NCBI GenBank assembly: GCA_973895155.1
Contig: OZ316899.1
Span: forward strand, 8,683,241 to 8,747,240
From: Marsupella aquatica
Lineage: Eukaryota > Plantae > Marchantiophyta
Length of the DNA stretch: 64,000 bases
Reading direction: 5' to 3'
Part shown: positions 59,874-64,000 of the stretch, one piece after another
Layout of the letters: each line of letters begins with the position of its first letter
Position numbering within the stretch: the stretch's first letter is position 1
Position numbers and translations under genes: made by a program
Notes under the pieces: model-generated
Database searches by the model: none
Told to the model about the DNA's origin: nothing
The model's input: the letters and a program-made list of their open reading frames with translations, nothing else

Positions 59874-62800
59874 GGGTATGACTACCATGCGAGGAAACAG
59901 GAAAAAATCTTCTTGTAACAGTAATTTTTTTGCTGTTGCGGGTAAAAAACTCCTTGTAATGGGTCTTTTTTTCCTCATACCAAGGTTTGAACTTGTTGGC
60001 CGCTAGTAACAGCAAGCCTCGCTAGCAAAAACCCATCCAACAGTCTGTTCATATTTGAATCATTACTATTTCCCTAATAAACCTTTCGAGTTAAGTATGT
60101 CAATGTAACTTTTTTTTAGAACAAGTCGGACACCGAAATAGACATAAAGATCATCACCAAAGCACTTGGAAATGAGTTTAACTTTCAATTTGAATATGGG
60201 TCTGGACATTGGGAGTCATCGGTATCTCAGATAAACATACAAAATTGGCACCATAACCAACTTACAAGGTTGGCAGTAATTTCAGGGAGAACTGCCAACT
60301 GTTAAAAAAGCCAAGTCTATAAAGACATGATATCCAACCTTATCGGGGCAACATGACTGTTTTCTCAGTGAGTAACAAACCAGGGTCCAAACATCAACCA
60401 GTTACAAACTTTTCCAAAAATATAGCTAGCGACCTCGCTAGCAAAACTGATCAACCAATATCTGGTGTTTTATATATAAATTAAAGGTCATTTCATATAG
60501 AGTGGAAATATCATGTCTCCTACCAGCACAAAAAATGTCTACTCCCAACGGTACTTAAATATATATATAAAAAACCAATGAAAACCTTAAATTAAAACCA
60601 AACCTCACTCTAAATTGGACAATCTCAAACCTCAACTCCCCTTTGGATCAGATCGGAAACTTCAGCGACAGTTAAAACAGGCTGCTTGACTACATCGGAA
60701 GTCTCTAGGTTCAAATGGTAAACATTCTTGTAAACCCAAAGAATATGTTTACAAGACATGTAAGGCTTTCCATGCGAATGCCGCTTATAGAAATCCTCAC
60801 AGGAGCAACATGGGAAGACGCACAACTGAATCCAATATTTACTACATTTACTAGGGTTATTTTCATGCGTCGCAATCAAAAACTATCTTCCCCATCCATT
60901 TCCGTGGATGATCTTCTCACAAGCCACAGTCCTCATTTGCTCTTCATTTGCAGACTGAATCCTTTTAACAAGTTCTGCAATGAAGTTGAAACGTTGATGA
61001 GCACCCTTTCCATTTCGTGTCCTGAGTCGTCTATTCAAATAGTTTACATCAACCTTTTCTGGGAAAGAGTTAACGTCAATTCGAAGTTCCACACGACCTG
61101 GAGGAGCAACACTACCATCTGGTTCACAATCCATGTAATAGAGACCATCAATCTGAAAACCCAAGCCAAGCAAGAAGCTGATTTCATGAGGAGTTAGCTC
61201 TGTCCCTTGAAGAACTTTTAGAGATGAGGGTACTACGGGAAGTTGGGCAATTGACTTGCGACCCCTGGTCTTGTGACAGACATTGTTTGGGCAGAAGTAT
61301 AAGAGTTGAGGATGTGGTGAAGTCATCCTCAAGCCATGGATTGCTACCCCAACCACACCGCAAGACCGAGTATGATAACCTACTTCTTTGATGAAGTTTC
61401 GACACTCATCTCTTCCAGAAATGGTCTGATCCAAAGACCCATTGCACACTGGACCATTTCCTTTACCGCACCGCCTTAAGTGCCAAGTACCAAATGGGAC
61501 ATCAACTTCATTTATCGCAGGAATTTGCCTCGGTGAAACATAAACTGGTTCCTCTGGACGAACAGGAGATACATGTTGGCGGGGCAATGGTTTAGGAATT
61601 TCCAAAGTGTCATCTCCTGAGCTCTCAGTGCCATTCCCTTCGTTATCGGAAAGAAGAATCACGACGGATGGATCTGGATAACTAGAGAATGTTGAAGGAT
61701 GGGGTATGCCCAAAGTTTCCTTCAACTCGTCCCTCTCTTCCACGACATTGACACTCCTGAAATCATAATATAAATTTCTTGGATGTACGCCCCTTGTCAC
61801 CGCCTCCGTCCGCATCACCTTATCATGTCGATGAGAATCTTCAGCACCAACTCTAGCCGAAGCCTGGCCTTTTCGTTTTCCAGACTTTGTGCATAGATCT
61901 CCATGAAGTGGTTGAGTGCGATGGAAATCATATTTTGGAGATGATTCAAGTAGAAGATTGGTTGCTTTCTCAAAAGCATCAAGGGATCCTAGTGTATCTG
62001 CATTCCTATATGCAAGTTCAAATATGGTAGGTCCGTGTCCCCTGTGGCATCCATCAATGTATGCAGCAAAGGCAGCAATCTGCCCACCAGCACGATTTTG
62101 ATCAAGTTCACAAGCTTCTAGCAGTCCAATCTTCTTCTTCATTTGACAAGCTCTCATTGAACCATGTACAGATTCAGCTCCAGTACAATTTGGCATCAAC
62201 GCTGACTCCTTTGCTGTTTGAGTCTGAAGTCCAACCAAAAACAAACACAATCATTGGGAGGCACAAACTTGATTTCAAGATTACATTCAAACAAGAACAG
62301 AATGCTAGCGACATCGCTAGCCAAAAAACATGGTTTACTTACCAGCCTGAAGAAGTTTCCCCATTGTCGCCATCGGACAACCCACCAAGCAATCCAGCCT
62401 TGCAAAGATCTCAATTTCCCAGGGTGACAATTTCCACACTTCCACCACTCTTGAATATCGTTTGCCACTCTGTATGCCTGAACATATGTGGGTGCATTCC
62501 TAAATTTCTCCCACATTTTGTAATGCTCGGAGTGTTTCGCTTCACGAATTCCCTCCATGGTATGACGTCTTAGTGACTGAGAGAAATGGAATGCATCACT
62601 GTGTTCTTTCTCAGGGAGACGAACACCATCAAAGAAAACATTTCTCACAGCAATCCATCCAGCTTCAGCATTGTCAGCCATAAAACCAGCTATGTTTACA
62701 TTGGAAATACCGTTCTCAGTAGCGACTTCCAACATTAAACGCCATGCAGTTTCTAGTGACTCAACATCCTCGGCTTTCAATTCACAAGTGAAGATAGTAC

Positions 62801-64000
62801 AAAGAGCGCGATAAGTGTGATCGTATACATGAGCACTAAAAGTTAACCAACCAGTGGTTATTCTGTGCATCACGTCAAAACTCACCCAAGCTCCCTCTAA
62901 AGTTCCACCTTTTTGCATCCGATTGAGAATGTCAACTCCGGAACCGGGACCTTTGGTACTCATCTTGAATACATGGGCCCTAATGGACTTGCCAGCTTGG
63001 CCAGGGAACAGGAAACGCTGAAGAAATGGAAATCTCACGCGCATTTGCATGTCACGAAGCGAATCCAACTCACCTTTCTTGGGGTTACCAATTTTAACGC
63101 TGCAGAAAATTGCATGGAATTTTGCCGGCGAGGACACAACTTTCATTGAGTTCCACAATTCCACCTCCTCTTCTTTTGAAAGATCATAACATGCCTCAGG
63201 GTGGAGAAGCGATATCAATGTACCTATTGAAATATTCTTCACACGGGAAGGGGTTGCCAAGGGATGTGCTAACTGAACGCCTTGAATAACATCTTCCGCT
63301 TTTTTTTTTGCAACTCAACACTTCCCCGTCTGGATCGGATGATCATGAACTCCCATGTGGACTGCAAGTCTAGACATGTGTTTGGAGACATGAGAGTCCA
63401 AATTTGGCTTTGCATAAACATAAAACATCATTGCTGGACAAGGTCTGACACAATAAGGTCTCTCATCACAAAACCCACAAACCAAACCTTCTTCCGGAAC
63501 CAGGTTTCCTGGCTTGAAGATATCGGTCATAAGTGATCTTCCTGGAAATGCCGCTCCATTTTTCACTCCTGTCTCCTTGAACCTTGAACAATTCAAATTT
63601 TGACATTGCACAACACCACTGCAACGGACCTTGAAAATAGACCAGTGATTACGTGGCTTCAAGTTAGCCGAAGTGGTGACCAATCGGGTCCAAGGGTAGC
63701 CATCATTGTCACGGTCCATGTCGAGAAGCCCTTGACCGCGACCAAATCTTGACTCCACTGGAGGAAGCTCATATACCATGTCTCCATTGTAACTTGTTGG
63801 AAGACGATCAACTTGGACATCAACCCAAGAGACGTCTCTTCTAAATCGTGCCAGCTCACTAGCCCCAGTAATGCTCAAAAATGCTTCAAGCGCACCAATT
63901 CTGTAGACTTTCTGCAAAAGATGGCCAACCGGAGCACTTGGAAGAGGAGTCTCTACTTTCAATTCTGTAGAACAACTTCCAAAAACAGAATTAGTATCCT
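59874..64000 (-). mobile_element. Mutator-like element copy 4 (diverged subfamily), continues past the right edge
   Basis: Terminus GGGTATGACTACCATGCG-AGGAAACAGG at the exact LTR breakpoint; transposase homologous to copy 2. Confidence 0.85.
60625..64000 (-). pseudogene. GCM-like/DDE/SWIM transposase, copy 4
   Basis: DGYPW..KVRCSGVVQCQN, SFDVM, FMADNA, SDAFH, CTGAESVH, CSCEDF..CKH. Intron 62224-62342 at the same position as in copy 2; frameshift at the T-run near 63300 and a stop near 60883. Confidence 0.85.

Overview
Land-plant nuclear heterochromatin made almost entirely of nested, mostly decayed transposons; no intact host gene was seen, only a ribokinase fragment. Plant origin rests on GT-AG introns, TTTAGGG repeats, plant-type Ty3/Ty1 elements and a plant ribokinase. 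In order: (1) a young Ty3/Gypsy element (1-13680, minus) whose 4.0-kb LTRs carry long protein-coding ORFs, inserted in (2) a Bianca-like Ty1/Copia element (13681-17714), itself inserted in (3) copy 1 of an unusual Mutator-like DNA transposon; (4) a ~575-bp satellite ending in a CACTA terminus; (5) copies 2 and 3 of the Mutator-like element, a ribokinase fragment and a small CACTA; (6) an older related Gypsy (46356-59873) with a homologous LTR-encoded ORF, interrupted by a foldback MITE and a solo LTR carrying an RPA70C-like ORF; (7) copy 4 of the Mutator-like element. The best candidate for an undescribed system is the Mutator-like family. It pairs a GCM-like/DDE/SWIM transposase head-to-head with a spliced gene encoding a ParB/Srx-like domain (DGNHR) fused to a beta-class amino-(N6A/N4C)-methyltransferase-like domain. 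About 25 copies of a 15-bp palindrome (TAGCGCCWGGCGCTA) lie in introns 1-3 of the partner gene, the transposase intron, the intergenic spacer and the subtermini, and a different palindrome (GCTAGCGA-NN-TCGCTAGC) takes the same positions in a diverged subfamily. All domain calls are by eye from motifs; no searches were run.
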